The notes: generated by a model not told the origin, from the letters alone. DNA of 64,000 nucleotides from Candidatus Caldarchaeales archaeon (GCA_039630085.1 JBCNVM010000001.1:1-64000), one strand, 5' to 3'. Positions 19,494-30,700 are shown, counted from the stretch's first letter. Numbers and translations: made by a program.

Positions 19494-20893
19494 CCATGCG
19501 CCGGGCCTCTCCGGAGGTCCTGGCCGAGGTTCTGAGGGCCGCCGAGGGGATCGCGGTCCCGACCCGCGAGGAGGAAGAGAGGCTGAGCTCGGTCGCGGAG
19601 AGGGTCCTTGGGGCGGTGAGGTCCTCCTTCTCCGGGGTCGAGGGTTACCTAGGGGCCTCGGTGGAGGGTTCGGCGGCGAAGGGCACTTGGGTCAGGTCGA
19701 GGCCCGAGGTCGACGTCTTCGTGAGGTTCTCCCCGGACGTCCCCAAGGAGGGACTCGAGGAGCTGGTCGTGAGGCGCGGCATAGCTGCGCTGGAGTCCGT
19801 CGGCGCCTCGTGGAGGCTCAGGTACGCGGAGCACCCGTACGTCGAGGGGTTCCTCTCGGACGTCGGCGTGAACGTCGTCGGGTGCTACGAGGTCCAGAAA
19901 GGGAGGTGGATCAGCGCCGTCGACAGGACTCCCTACCACACCGCGTACGTCGCCTCGAGGGTCGACGGGAGGCTCAGGAGGGAGATAAGGCTCGCGAAGG
20001 CCTTCGCGATGGGCACCGGGGTCTACGGGGCCGAGCTCAAGGTCGGAGGCTTCAGCGGGTACCTGATGGAGCTGCTGGTCCTGAGGTCCGCGGGGTTCGT
20101 TAAGCTGCTCGAGGACGCATCCGGCTGGAGGCCCCCCAAGGTGATCGAGATGACCGGCGAGCTGGGCGAGGAGAGGGCGCTCGCGCTCTTCCAGAACAGC
20201 CCCCTCGTCGTCACGGACCCTGTCGACCCGAGGAGGAACGTCGCGTCCGCGGTCACCCTTACGAAGCTCTCGGAGTTCGTCCTCGCGGCGAAGCTCTTCC
20301 TCGCGAGGCCGTCGCTGGAGTTCTTCGCGCCTCCGGGACCGAAGCGCCCTGAAGCGTGGAGGGAGGTGATGGCGGTCAGGTTCGACAGGCCGCAGGGCCT
20401 TCCCGTCGACACGCTGTGGGGCGAGGCCCTGAAGTTCGCGAGGAGCGTCGCGTCGAGGCTCTCGAGGGAGGGCTTCGAGGTGAGGAGGTGGGCGGTGGAG
20501 GGCACGGATGATTCGGTCCTCGTCCTCTTCGAGCTCGACAGCCTCGAGCTACCGGCCTTCGCGCTGAGGGAGGGGCCTCCGGTCTGGCTGGAGAACGTCT
20601 TCGACTTCATCGAGAGGCACTCGTCGGACCCGCTCACGGCCGCCGGGCCCTGGGTCGACGGCGAGCGGCTCTACGTCCTCAAGAGGAGGGAGGTGAGGGG
20701 GGCGGTGGAGCTGACGAAGCGCTGGCTCGACGTCAAGTCGGTCTCTGTCCCGAGGGACCTCGAGGGCCCCCTGAGGAGGGCGGAGGTCGTTGCGCTGGAC
20801 CGCGAGGCCGCGATGAGGCTCGGCTTGATGGGGTTCGGGCAGTTCGTCGATTCCTTCCTCGACGGGAGGCCTCCCTTCCTGAGGGCGGCATGA
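19490..20893 (+). CDS. cca: Class I CCA-adding enzyme
   Basis: GSAAKGTW...EVDVF, YAEHPYV, SAVDRTPYHT, GFSGYL.ELL, DPVDP.RNVA. Confidence 0.92.
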   Translation: MTMRRASPEVLAEVLRAAEGIAVPTREEEERLSSVAERVLGAVRSSFSGVEGYLGASVEGSAAKGTWVRSRPEVDVFVRFSPDVPKEGLEELVVRRGIAALESVGASWRLRYAEHPYVEGFLSDVGVNVVGCYEVQKGRWISAVDRTPYHTAYVASRVDGRLRREIRLAKAFAMGTGVYGAELKVGGFSGYLMELLVLRSAGFVKLLEDASGWRPPKVIEMTGELGEERALALFQNSPLVVTDPVDPRRNVASAVTLTKLSEFVLAAKLFLARPSLEFFAPPGPKRPEAWREVMAVRFDRPQGLPVDTLWGEALKFARSVASRLSREGFEVRRWAVEGTDDSVLVLFELDSLELPAFALREGPPVWLENVFDFIERHSSDPLTAAGPWVDGERLYVLKRREVRGAVELTKRWLDVKSVSVPRDLEGPLRRAEVVALDREAAMRLGLMGFGQFVDSFLDGRPPFLRAA

Positions 20894-21624
20894 GGTGGAG
20901 GGCCCTCGTTCAGCTCGGTGAGGACGTCAGGTCGTTCTCGTATCCGCGTGGCGACTTCGGCTACGCGTCCCGGGTAGAAGCCGACCTCAAGGCCCTCGGC
21001 GTCGAGGAGGTCGCGGTCTCAGAGGAGGGAAAGCCCCTGATGCTCGGGAAGGGCTTCAGGAACGCGGTCTTCCTGGTGAGGAGGGGCGGAGAGGCCCTCG
21101 CGGCGAAGGTCAGGCGCGACGACTGGCCCCACGACGACGTCTGGAGGGAGGCGAGCGTCCACGGAGCCGCGAACGCGGTCGGAGTCGGCCCTAGGCTGCG
21201 GGGCTCTGCGGGAAGGGTGCTGCTCATGGAGGTCGTCGAGGGGATCAGGCTGGTCGACTGGCTGCCCTCAGCAAGTGGGGAGGAGGTCGTCGGAGTCCTC
21301 GGGTCCCTGTTCAGGCAGTGCAGGGCCCTCGACGCGGCCGGGATCGACCACGGGGAGCTCGGCGACCCCTCGAAGCACGTCGTGATAACCCGAGGGAGCT
21401 CGGTCGTGATCATCGACTTCGGCTCGGCCCGGTTCACAACGAGGCCGAAGAACGTGACCTCGATCGCGGGTTTCATCTCTAAGGGCCTCGCGAGGGAAGC
21501 GCTCCTTCGGGCTGGGCTCAAACCATCGGTGGAACCCGAGGTCCTGAGGAGGTACAAGCGGACGCTCTCCGAGGAGGATTTCCTCGCGGTCCTCGGGTCC
21601 ATCGGGCTGGAACGCGGAGGATGA
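20890..21624 (+). CDS. Archaeal RIO-like Ser/Thr protein kinase
   Basis: LGKG glycine loop, AAKVRR, GIDHGEL, IIDFGSA. Confidence 0.8.
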   Translation: MRWRALVQLGEDVRSFSYPRGDFGYASRVEADLKALGVEEVAVSEEGKPLMLGKGFRNAVFLVRRGGEALAAKVRRDDWPHDDVWREASVHGAANAVGVGPRLRGSAGRVLLMEVVEGIRLVDWLPSASGEEVVGVLGSLFRQCRALDAAGIDHGELGDPSKHVVITRGSSVVIIDFGSARFTTRPKNVTSIAGFISKGLAREALLRAGLKPSVEPEVLRRYKRTLSEEDFLAVLGSIGLERGG

Positions 21625-21657
21625 TTTTTCGGGCAGTCCAGAGACGGGACGTTCGGG

Positions 21658-22419
21658 TTGGTGAGGCTGGAGGAGGTCGTGAGCGGGCTCCCTCCCACCT
21701 CAAGGCTCTACCTCGAGGACTCGTACCTGAGGGGAGCGAGGGCGAAAGTTCTGAGGTATGTTCCCGAGACCAGAGCCTCCGGTTACGTCGTCCTTGACGG
21801 GACCGTGATGCACCCGAAGGGAGGGGGCCAACCCTCCGACACCGGGCGGATCCACGGCGAAGGTGCGGAGTTCGTCGTCAAGAAGGTCCTCGAGCTGAAC
21901 GATGTCGTCGTCCACTACGGCAGGCTGGCCTCAGGTTCCGAGCTCAGGGGAGAGGTAACGGTGGAGTTGGACTGGGAGCCGAGGTACTCGGTGATGAGGC
22001 ACCACACCGCAGGCCACGTCCTGGACTACGCGGTCATGGCCGTCCTCGGGGAGGAGGGGCTGACTTCGGCCTCGGCGTTCCACGGTCCCCCCGAGAGCTA
22101 CATCGAGTTCGAGGGGCCTCCGAGGGAGATGGACCTGAAGGCCCTCGAGGAGGTCGCGAACGAGGTCGTCGGGCAGGACAGGCGCGTCTTCCCGGTCTAC
22201 GTCGAGCCCGAGAGGCTGGGGGAGGTCGTGAGGGGCGCGTTCAACCTGAACAGGCTCCCGAAGGCCGACAGGTACAGGGTGGTCGTGATAGAGGGCGTCA
22301 ACGCGATACCCTGCGGAGGGACTCACGTCTCGAGGACCTCCGAGATCGGGAGGGTGAGGGTGACCGGCGTCGAGCCGTCGCAGGCAGGCTTCAAGCTCCT
22401 CTACAGGGTCGAGACGTGA
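21658..22419 (+). CDS. alaX: AlaX tRNA editing protein
   Basis: HPKGGGQPSDTG, MRHHTAGH, PCGGTHV. Confidence 0.9.
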   Translation: MVRLEEVVSGLPPTSRLYLEDSYLRGARAKVLRYVPETRASGYVVLDGTVMHPKGGGQPSDTGRIHGEGAEFVVKKVLELNDVVVHYGRLASGSELRGEVTVELDWEPRYSVMRHHTAGHVLDYAVMAVLGEEGLTSASAFHGPPESYIEFEGPPREMDLKALEEVANEVVGQDRRVFPVYVEPERLGEVVRGAFNLNRLPKADRYRVVVIEGVNAIPCGGTHVSRTSEIGRVRVTGVEPSQAGFKLLYRVET

Positions 22420-24029
22420 CCGGGCCCGACAGGTCCTTCAAGGCCTTCGCAAGGGTCTGCGGCCTCCTCGAGTCCACCCCCACTAGGTCCGAGAAGGTGA
22501 GGATAGCGGCCCAGTACCTGAGGTCCTTGGACCCGGAAGACGCAGCCGTCGCGGCCATGCTGATGATCGGGAGGACCGTGAGGGAGAAGGAGAGAGACCT
22601 CGCGGCGATAGGCTGGAGCGCGCTTAGCTCGGCCCTGAGGGCGGTAGGGCAGAGCGTCCTCCTCGATCACAGGCCCCTGACCGTATCGGAGGTCTGGTCG
22701 ACGCTCGAGGGGCTCAGGGCCCACGCCGGACCCGGCTCGAGGGAGAAGAAGGTGAGGGCCCTCTCGGCGCTCTTCAGTAGGTGCGACGAGCTCGAGAGGG
22801 AGTGGCTCCTCAGGGTCCTCTCCGGTGAGATGAGACACGGCGTCAGCCACGGCCTGATGCTCGAGGTGGCCTCGAGGCTCTCCTCGGTCGACCTCGAGGG
22901 CGTGACGGTCGCGGACATGCTGCTGGGCGACGTCGGCGAGCTGGTCCGGAGGGCTCTCTCTGGGACGCTCAGGGAGGTCAGGCTCGAGCCGATGAGGCCT
23001 GTCAGGCCGATGCTCGCGGAGATGGCCTACGACCCGTCGGAGGTCCTCGCGGCCCACGGCGGGAGGACGCTCGTCGAGCCGAAGATGGACGGCGTGAGGG
23101 TCCAGGTCCACCGGAGGTCCGGGGAGGTGAGGGTCTTCACGAGGAGGCTGAAGGACGTCACCCACGCGCTCCCGGAGGTAGTCGAGGCGGTCTCCCGCTC
23201 GGCAAGGTGGGACGAGTTCATCCTAGACGGCGAGGTCGTCGCGATCGACGAGAAGGGAAGCCCGCTGCCCTTCCAGGAGACGATGAGGAGGGTCGGGAGG
23301 GAGAGGGACGTGGAGGAGGTGGCGCCGCTCGTGCCGGTCAGGCTCTGGGTCTTCGACGTGATCTTCGCGGAGGGCCGCCCGACGATAACTTGGCCGCTCT
23401 CCGAGAGGAGGAGGGCCCTCGAGTCCGCGGTCGAACCCGAGCTATTGACGCCCGCGAGGGTCTGCACGACGAAGGCCGAAGTCGAGGAGGCCCTCGAAGA
23501 GGCCCTGAAGAGGGGGCACGAGGGCGTGATCGCGAAGGACCCCGAGAGCAGGTACTTCCCTGGCAGGAGGGGGGCGAGGTGGCTGAAGCTGAAACCGTCG
23601 GAGACGCTGGACGCGGTGATCGTGGCTGCGGAATGGGGCCACGGCAGGAGGACGGGCTGGCTCTCCAACTACCACCTGGCTGTAAGGGACGATTCGAGGG
23701 GAGGGTACGCGGTCGTCGGGAAGACCTTCAAGGGCCTCACCGACGAGGAGTTCGAGTGGATGACGAGGAGGCTCTTCGAGCTCAGGACCGCTGAGCACCC
23801 CTGGGGAGTCGAGGTGCGGCCCGAGTTAGTCGTCGAGGTCGCCTTCGCCGAGGTTCAGCGGAGCCCGAGGTACGAGGCCGGCTACGCACTCAGGTTCGCG
23901 AGGGTGGTCAGGGTGAGGGACGACAAGGGCCCGGAGGACGCCTCGACGCTTTCGGACGTCGCGGCCCTCTACCGCAAGCAGTTCCAGAGCAAGGGGAGGC
24001 TTGACCTGAGTCGGCTGCCTTCCGACTGA
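22416..24029 (+). CDS. Second ATP-dependent DNA ligase (LigB-like)
   Basis: RPMLA, EPKMDGVRVQVH, ILDGEV, EGVIAK, WLKLK, LRFARV. Confidence 0.92.
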   Translation: MTGPDRSFKAFARVCGLLESTPTRSEKVRIAAQYLRSLDPEDAAVAAMLMIGRTVREKERDLAAIGWSALSSALRAVGQSVLLDHRPLTVSEVWSTLEGLRAHAGPGSREKKVRALSALFSRCDELEREWLLRVLSGEMRHGVSHGLMLEVASRLSSVDLEGVTVADMLLGDVGELVRRALSGTLREVRLEPMRPVRPMLAEMAYDPSEVLAAHGGRTLVEPKMDGVRVQVHRRSGEVRVFTRRLKDVTHALPEVVEAVSRSARWDEFILDGEVVAIDEKGSPLPFQETMRRVGRERDVEEVAPLVPVRLWVFDVIFAEGRPTITWPLSERRRALESAVEPELLTPARVCTTKAEVEEALEEALKRGHEGVIAKDPESRYFPGRRGARWLKLKPSETLDAVIVAAEWGHGRRTGWLSNYHLAVRDDSRGGYAVVGKTFKGLTDEEFEWMTRRLFELRTAEHPWGVEVRPELVVEVAFAEVQRSPRYEAGYALRFARVVRVRDDKGPEDASTLSDVAALYRKQFQSKGRLDLSRLPSD

Positions 24030-24064
24030 ACCGCGTCCCAGTCCGCAGAGAGCTCTCGTTCGCT

Positions 24065-24913
24065 TCAGAAACTAGAAGACGCTAGGAGCGCGATCGAGAC
24101 GGCCGCGAGCCAGGGTGAGGACGCCTTGAAGGCCCCCCACGCGAGACGCTGGTCCGGCTTCCTCAAGAGCCTCAGGCTGTAGAGCGCGAAGAGCGCGGTG
24201 AGGGGCGAGGAGGCGAGCAGGTAGACCTCCGGAGACGGGACGACGAGTGCCGCGCCAGCCCAGGCAGGCATCGCCGAGAGGTTCGAGAGCGCGGTTATCC
24301 TCGAAGCCCTTTCGACGCCGACCCTCACCGGAAGCATCGGGAGACCTACAGACCTGTAATCCTCGACGCCCCTTATCGCGAGCGCCCAGAAGTGGCCGGG
24401 AGTCCAGAGGAAGACCAGGACGGCCAGCAGTACCGCAGGCAGGCCTATCTCGCCCGTGGCTGCGGCCCATCCGGCCAGCGGAGGGAAGCTCCCCGCTGCT
24501 CCGCCGATCACCACGTTCCATATCGTCCTCCTCTTCAGGAGCATCGTGTAGACGACCACGTAGAACAGCATGCCCGAGGCGATGAGGAGCGTCGCGAGCG
24601 GGTTCAGGGCGAACCAAGAGACGACCAGTGAGGCGGTCGAGCTCACGAGCCCCAGGACCAGCGCCGCCCTTCGGGAGACCCTTCCGGACGGGAGCGGCCT
24701 CCGCGACGTCCTCTTCATCCTCGAGTCCAAGTCCGCCTCGATGTAGTTGTTCAGCGCCGCAGACCCGCCGGCGGCGAGGTAACCGGCGGCCGACAGCGCG
24801 ACCGCCCCGAGAGGGCCTCCTCCGGCCGCGAAGTAGCAGACGAGCGCCGTGAGGAGGTTCAGGAGGGCGATCTTCGGCTTGGTCAGCGAGACGTAGTCCC
24901 TCGCGCTTGCCAT
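24065..24913 (-). CDS. cyoE: Protoheme IX farnesyltransferase (heme o synthase)
   Basis: LTKPKI, D..MKRT..RPLPSG, VIGGAAG..PPL.GWAA, WTPGHFWAL; ATG 24913 downstream of a TTTTAA box. Confidence 0.92.
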   Translation of the reverse strand: MASARDYVSLTKPKIALLNLLTALVCYFAAGGGPLGAVALSAAGYLAAGGSAALNNYIEADLDSRMKRTSRRPLPSGRVSRRAALVLGLVSSTASLVVSWFALNPLATLLIASGMLFYVVVYTMLLKRRTIWNVVIGGAAGSFPPLAGWAAATGEIGLPAVLLAVLVFLWTPGHFWALAIRGVEDYRSVGLPMLPVRVGVERASRITALSNLSAMPAWAGAALVVPSPEVYLLASSPLTALFALYSLRLLRKPDQRLAWGAFKASSPWLAAVSIALLASSSF

Positions 24914-25049
24914 TCTCCGGGGTCCCACCCGTTGCGGTATTAAAACTGGACTCGTCATCACGCCCCGTTCAGTTCACACGAAGAGGCGGCCCGCGCCGAC
25001 CGGTCCGAACCTCAGAAGCCTCCGACGTCCATCCGGCGTCTGTCTAGCC

Positions 25050-25664
25050 TCAACCGTCCTCAAGCACGTCTTCGGTCGTCCGCTGAGCTGACTCCGGGGA
25101 GCTGAGCGCGGCTATCGCCCTCATGAGCTCGTGCCTGTCGACCTCGACCTCCGACCTCCAACCCACGACCAGAGTGTCGTCCTCGGTCCTGACGAGGTAT
25201 CCCCGCCTCACCAGCCGCTCTAAGACGCTCTCGACCCTCCACTTCGGGTACTTGGCCTCGAGGATCTCGACGACCTGCTTGTACGGAGCCCTCTCGTTGT
25301 TCGCGAAGAGGTAGGCCAGCGTGACTGCGAGGATCGCGACCTCGTCGATCGAGTAGCCCATCGTTCCGAGGTCGTAGAGCGAGAGCGGCTCCGCCACGAC
25401 CACGTAATACCTGACCCTGTCGGGATCGTCGGAGCCCTCCTCCGGCACGGCCCTGATCCTCAGGCCGACCCTCCTGAGCCTCGCGTCCGCGGCCTCCAGC
25501 ACCCTCTGGTAGTTCTTCCCGAGCCTCCTCCTCAGCTCCCAGCCCCTCACCCCGGGCTGCCTGTGTCCCGCGGTCAGCATCATCGCGACCGCGAGGGCGA
25601 CTTTCCTCTCGAGTTTCGTCAGCTCCGGCGACTCCTCCGGCCTGACCGGCTGCTCCGACTCCAA
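25050..25664 (-). CDS. Tandem winged-helix protein, KITE (Nse1/Nse3/ScpB)-like; possible arcadin-3
   Basis: L..VGLRIR....RYYVV first WH; VLERLVRRGYL...VGWRS..EV second WH resembling the Nse1/MAGE C-terminal G.R...E motif. Confidence 0.6.
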   Translation of the reverse strand: MESEQPVRPEESPELTKLERKVALAVAMMLTAGHRQPGVRGWELRRRLGKNYQRVLEAADARLRRVGLRIRAVPEEGSDDPDRVRYYVVVAEPLSLYDLGTMGYSIDEVAILAVTLAYLFANNERAPYKQVVEILEAKYPKWRVESVLERLVRRGYLVRTEDDTLVVGWRSEVEVDRHELMRAIAALSSPESAQRTTEDVLEDG

Positions 25665-25953
25665 ACCGCCCGATTAGGCCGCCTGCTGTCATAAAGCGAT
25701 TGCTCACATGTGAAGGCCCCCCGAGACCGAGCCGATCTGCCTTGACGGTAGCGGCTTTCGGATCCATAAGACGAGTTTCGCGCCACCCGCTGCCTCGCTA
25801 AATCTCCACAACTCCTGTCGTCTATATAACGGCGTGATTCTATAAATTCCAAGAGGTCCATCGAGCATAGAACTTCCGCTTCTCAATTATGCAATTGTAT
25901 GCAGATGTAGATCGCACGAGACGGTTAATATCGTGAGGCGAAGACGCTTCAAA

Positions 25954-26595
25954 ATGATGACAGCGACCCGCCGGGAATTTCTGACCGCGGTCGCCTCGAC
26001 CATAGCCCTCAGCGCAGCCCTGCCCGGGTCAACGCCCAAGAAGACCGGAAAGAGGTACGCGATGCTGATCGACGTGGAGAAGTGCTTCGGGTGCATGGCC
26101 TGCGTCGTAGCCTGCGCGGCCGAGAACAACGTCCCCTTGGGGGTCTTCAGGACGTGGATAGAGCACTTGGAGAAGCCCGACGGGACGAGGCTCTTCATCC
26201 CGAAGCAGTGCAACCACTGCGACGACCCGCCCTGCGTCCCTCCGTGTCCGACTAAGGCGACCTACGTCACGCCCGACGGGCTCGTGCTGGTCAACGACGA
26301 GCTCTGCATCGGCTGCGGCGCATGCATCGAGGCCTGTCCCTACGGCGCCCGCTACAGGAACCCAGTCAAGGGAGTTGCTGACAAGTGCACGTTCTGCGAG
26401 CACAGGATCGCGGAGGGCCTCCTCCCGGCCTGCGTCGAGGCCTGCCCGACCGGGGCGAGGGTCTTCGGGCCGCTGACCGAGGACAATGAGCTCACGAGGA
26501 CCGTGAGGAGCAGGCCGACTCAGGTGCTGAAGCCGCACACCGGCGCGGAGCCGATGATCTTCTACCTCAGCCTCCCCGACGAGGTGAACAGGTGA
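25954..26595 (+). CDS. ttrB: 4Fe-4S electron-transfer subunit TtrB-like, Tat-exported
   Basis: TRREFL Tat motif; CFGCMACVVAC, CNHCDDPPC..PCP, CIGCGACIEACP, CTFC...ACVEACP. Confidence 0.85.
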   Translation: MMTATRREFLTAVASTIALSAALPGSTPKKTGKRYAMLIDVEKCFGCMACVVACAAENNVPLGVFRTWIEHLEKPDGTRLFIPKQCNHCDDPPCVPPCPTKATYVTPDGLVLVNDELCIGCGACIEACPYGARYRNPVKGVADKCTFCEHRIAEGLLPACVEACPTGARVFGPLTEDNELTRTVRSRPTQVLKPHTGAEPMIFYLSLPDEVNR

Positions 26596-27701
26596 TGGCG
26601 GTCGAGTACTTCTACCCGAACGAGGCGGCGCAGCCGCTCCTCTGGCAGCCGGTCCTCTTCGCCTACACGCTCCTCATCTCGGGGGCTGACCTGCTCATAC
26701 TCGCGTCGATCGCGTACCTGACCGGGTTCCTGAGGAAGGCGATACCGCTCCTGACGATGCTCGGGATAGCCTTCTTCTCGGTCGTGCTGCTCGGTCCGCT
26801 TGCGGACCTCGGGTCACCTCACAAGGCGCACCTCATTTTCCTCAACCCGCACCTCCTCCCGACCCCTTCCAGCCCTGGCATCTCCTTGATTTCTCTACAG
26901 ACAGTCATGTGGGTCGTCGGAATGGTGCTCGCCGTCGCGTTCGCGGTGCTGACTTTCTCCTATCACTCATATCTCGCGTCCCTCGAGACGACCGGCGTCC
27001 GGAGGGCGATCTTCAGGGCCTTCTCACTCGGCATAACCACCGAACGGGAGTACGGGGTTGCGGAGAAGGTGGCCAAGGTGGTTGCGGTCGCGATGTTGGT
27101 GCCGATGGTCATGTGGGGCATGTACCCCGCGTCGATGCTGCTGTCCCAGACTTGGAACCCCGCGTGGCGCAGTTGGGCCCTCCTGCCGGTCGTCTATTTC
27201 GCCGACACCTTCGTCGTGGCCACCGCGATCTTCCTACTGACGTACTACGTCTGGAGACGGCGTTCCGTCGAGAGCGACGTGCTCGTCTCGACCCTGAAGG
27301 TCCACGCGGCCGGCTCGATCTCGGTCGTGGCGCTCACCGCCCTTCAGATGGCGGTCTGGTACCTCTGGTCGCCCTCGATCGCCTCCATGGTTGAACCTCT
27401 AGTGCCGTTCATGTACGCGGCGATGTCCCTGCTCGCCCTGAGCTTCCTGTCCGCCATCCTCGCGATCAAGTACCCCGTAACGAGCGTCTTGGTGACGGTC
27501 TTCGCACTGGCGGGCTCGTTCCTGAACAAGTGGAACATCCTGATCAACGCCCAGCTCGTCTCCAAGACGGGGCTCGCGTACTTGGAGGCTGAGCTCCACG
27601 GCCTCTGGTTCCTCGATATGATATCGCCCGTCGCAGCCGGAGTTGCGATATTCATCGTGCTGTCGGCGATCTTCCCGCTGGAGGTGAGGAGGAGTGGTTA
27701 G
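26595..27701 (+). CDS. NrfD/TtrC-type membrane anchor subunit
   Basis: Multiple TM helices; LADLGSP NrfD-like motif; lies between the Fe-S and catalytic subunit genes. Confidence 0.8.
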   Translation: MAVEYFYPNEAAQPLLWQPVLFAYTLLISGADLLILASIAYLTGFLRKAIPLLTMLGIAFFSVVLLGPLADLGSPHKAHLIFLNPHLLPTPSSPGISLISLQTVMWVVGMVLAVAFAVLTFSYHSYLASLETTGVRRAIFRAFSLGITTEREYGVAEKVAKVVAVAMLVPMVMWGMYPASMLLSQTWNPAWRSWALLPVVYFADTFVVATAIFLLTYYVWRRRSVESDVLVSTLKVHAAGSISVVALTALQMAVWYLWSPSIASMVEPLVPFMYAAMSLLALSFLSAILAIKYPVTSVLVTVFALAGSFLNKWNILINAQLVSKTGLAYLEAELHGLWFLDMISPVAAGVAIFIVLSAIFPLEVRRSG

Positions 27702-30700
27702 CAGAAGGGCAGTCGTCAGGGGGGTAGTTGGCGCTGCCTCGCTGGGCGTCTTCCTAGCGGGGTACTGGCACACGGTCGAGAGGATCGTCAGGCCGACGGC
27801 GCAGCTCTACAAGCCCGACAGGACCTTCGGGACCGGAGTCAGGTACGTCTACACCTCCTGCCTCGGCTGCAACGTCAGGTGCGGGATCAGGGTGAGGGTC
27901 GCGACCGTCGACGGCGTCGAGGTGATCGAGAGGATCGAGGGGAACCCGTACCACCCGTACAACAGGCACGTCTCGGCGGACCACCAGCTCCACAGGTACA
28001 GCGAGATCGACTACAAGACGCCGCCGGGCGAGGCGCTGAAGGTCGGGTCCACGCTCTGCGCCAGGGGCCAGGACGGCATCCACTACGTCTACGACCCGTA
28101 CAGGATAGTCAAGCCGCTGAAGAGGGCGGGCCCGAGGGGGAGCGGCAGGTGGAAGGAGATCTCGTGGGAGCAGCTGATCAAGGAGGTCGTCGAGGGCGGG
28201 GTCATCGAGGAGACCGGCGAGAGGCTTCCGGGGATCAGGGAGATCTACGTCTTCGGGAGGCTGAGGGACGCGGGCTTCGAGAAGCCGAACGACATCCTCA
28301 CGGCGATTAGGAATGACGCGGATGAACTTGTCAAGAAGGCGGCCGACCCAGCGGTCACCGCGGAGAAGCTCGACGAGCTGATCAAGGCTTTTAAGGAGAA
28401 GTGGTCGAAGGCCCTCGGCGAGAAGGGCGTCAAGCTCGAGGACGTCCTGATAGACCCAGACAACCCTGACCTCGGGACGAAGGCCAACATGCTGGTCTAC
28501 ATGAGGGGCAGGGGCCAGGACAACGCCGACACCTTCGCCAACAGGTTCGTCAGGGCGGTCGGGAGCGTCAACTGGCTCAGACACACTTCGGCCTGTCAGC
28601 TGGCCTTTTACGCGGGCAACTACCTCTGGTCGGGCTTCTACGACATCAACGCGGACTTCATGGGCGCGAAGGTCCTGATAATGGCGGGCGGCGCGCTGGG
28701 GAGGCTCCATCCGGGAGCCACCGGACAGGGCGCCCTGATCGAGAGGGCCGCGGACGGAGAGGTCAAGGTCTACTACGTCAACCCGATCGGGCCGAGAGTC
28801 TCAGCGAACGGGAACGTCGTCTGGGTCCCGGTCAAACCGGGAACCGACGCGGCGCTCGCCCTGGCAATCGCACAGCTGATGATCAAGAACGGCTGGATCA
28901 ACATGGAGTTCCTCCAGGCGCCCTCCCTGAAGGCCGCGGAGAAGATTGGGTACCCGTACTGCAGCAACGCGACTTGGCTCGTCGTGATGGAGGAGAAGCA
29001 CAAGCTCTACGGGTCGTTCCTGACCGACACGGCTCTGGGGATCGGGAAGGACGGGAAGGCCGTCGTCAGGGCAGGAGAAGCGTTCGCGGTCCACGACGCC
29101 GTCGACAAGGCCGAGCTCGAGTTCTCGGGGAGGGTGAGGCTCGCGACGGGGGAGGAGGTCCTCGTCAAGACCGCCTTCACGATCTTCAAAGAGACCGCGT
29201 TCAGCAGGACCGTCGAGGAGTGGGCCAAGATCTGCGGCGTCGACCCGAGGCTGATCGAGCAGATGGTGAGGGACTTCGGCCAGGCCGCGCCGAGGGCCGC
29301 CACCTACATCCACAGGGGCGTAGCGATGCACCCGAACGGCGAGTACACCGTCTGGGCCCTGAGGAGCCTTGATGTCCTGATCGGGAACTTCCACAGGATC
29401 GGGGGGATACTGGGCAGGCCATCCTTGACCTCGTACAACAACTACCTCTACAACTGCAGCGCGAGCGGTTACGGCGAGCCGGTCAGGTGGGGCCCGGCGA
29501 TCGACAGGCACTACGCGGAGTATGAGAAGACGCTCATGTACTACAGGAAGGTCAAGCGCGGCGAGAACCCGTACCCAACCAAGAGGCCGTGGTACCCGCT
29601 CTCACCTGAGGAGAGCTACACCGAGCTCTTCGCGGGCATAGACCAGGGCTACCCGTACCCGATCAAGGTCCTGATCCTGTACTTCGCGAACCCCGTGATC
29701 GCGACCAACTTCGGTGTCAAGTTCGTCGAGGTGCTGAAGGACACGAAGAAGCTCCCGCTCTTCATCGGGGTAACCACCACCATCAACGAGACCTACCTCT
29801 ACGCCGACTACCTGGTCCCAGACACAACGTACCTCGAGACCGGGACGATGGGCGTCCACTTCCTCTATGGAGGGGGCCTCGGGAGGCTCCTGGCCGAGTG
29901 CTGGAGGTCTCCGGTCATCATGCCGCTCACCCAGAGGATAGGCGACAGCCCTGACGGGAAACCCAGGTACGCGTCGTTCTGGGAGTTCTTCATCGACGCC
30001 GGGAAGGCCCTCGGCGCGGCCGGGTTCGGCGAGAAGGCGATTCCCGGAACTCCGGGCAGGAAGTACGAGGGGAAGTGGTTCCCGGTCCACAGCGCCTGGG
30101 ACTACATCCTCAGGGTCTACGCCAACGGGGCCGCGAACGCTATGGACAGGGGCTTGATCCCGAAGACGATACCCGAGGAGGACGTGAGGTTCGTCGAGCA
30201 GAACTACCCGATCGCGAGGTTCAAGGGCGTCCTCCCAGAGGAGGAGTGGAGGGCGGCGGCCTACTGCCTCGCCAGGGGAGGGGTCTTCACCAAGTACGAG
30301 GAGTCCTTCACAGAGAAGGGCTTCTCGAAGAGGACCGTCCCTGGAACCAGGGTGCTCCAGCTCTGGCACGACAAACTCGCTAAGACGCCCAACAGCGTCA
30401 CCGGGAAGAAGTTCTGGGGCGGACCGGCTTACTTCGAGCCGGCGACCTACGGGCCTGTGAAGGCGGGAGCGAGCGGCGTCCCGTTCGCGGGGACTTCGTT
30501 GAGGGCCCTCTACCCGGAGAGCGAGTACCCGTTCCTCCTGACGTTCGAGTCCGGGCCGCTGTACACTAAGCACCGGAGCATGAACTACTACTGGATCAAG
30601 ACCATTCTGCCGGAGAACTTCGTGCTGATCAACAGGGAGGACGCAGCCGCGCTCGGGATCAAGACCGGCGACGTCGTCTTGGTCGAGAGCCCGTACGGCT

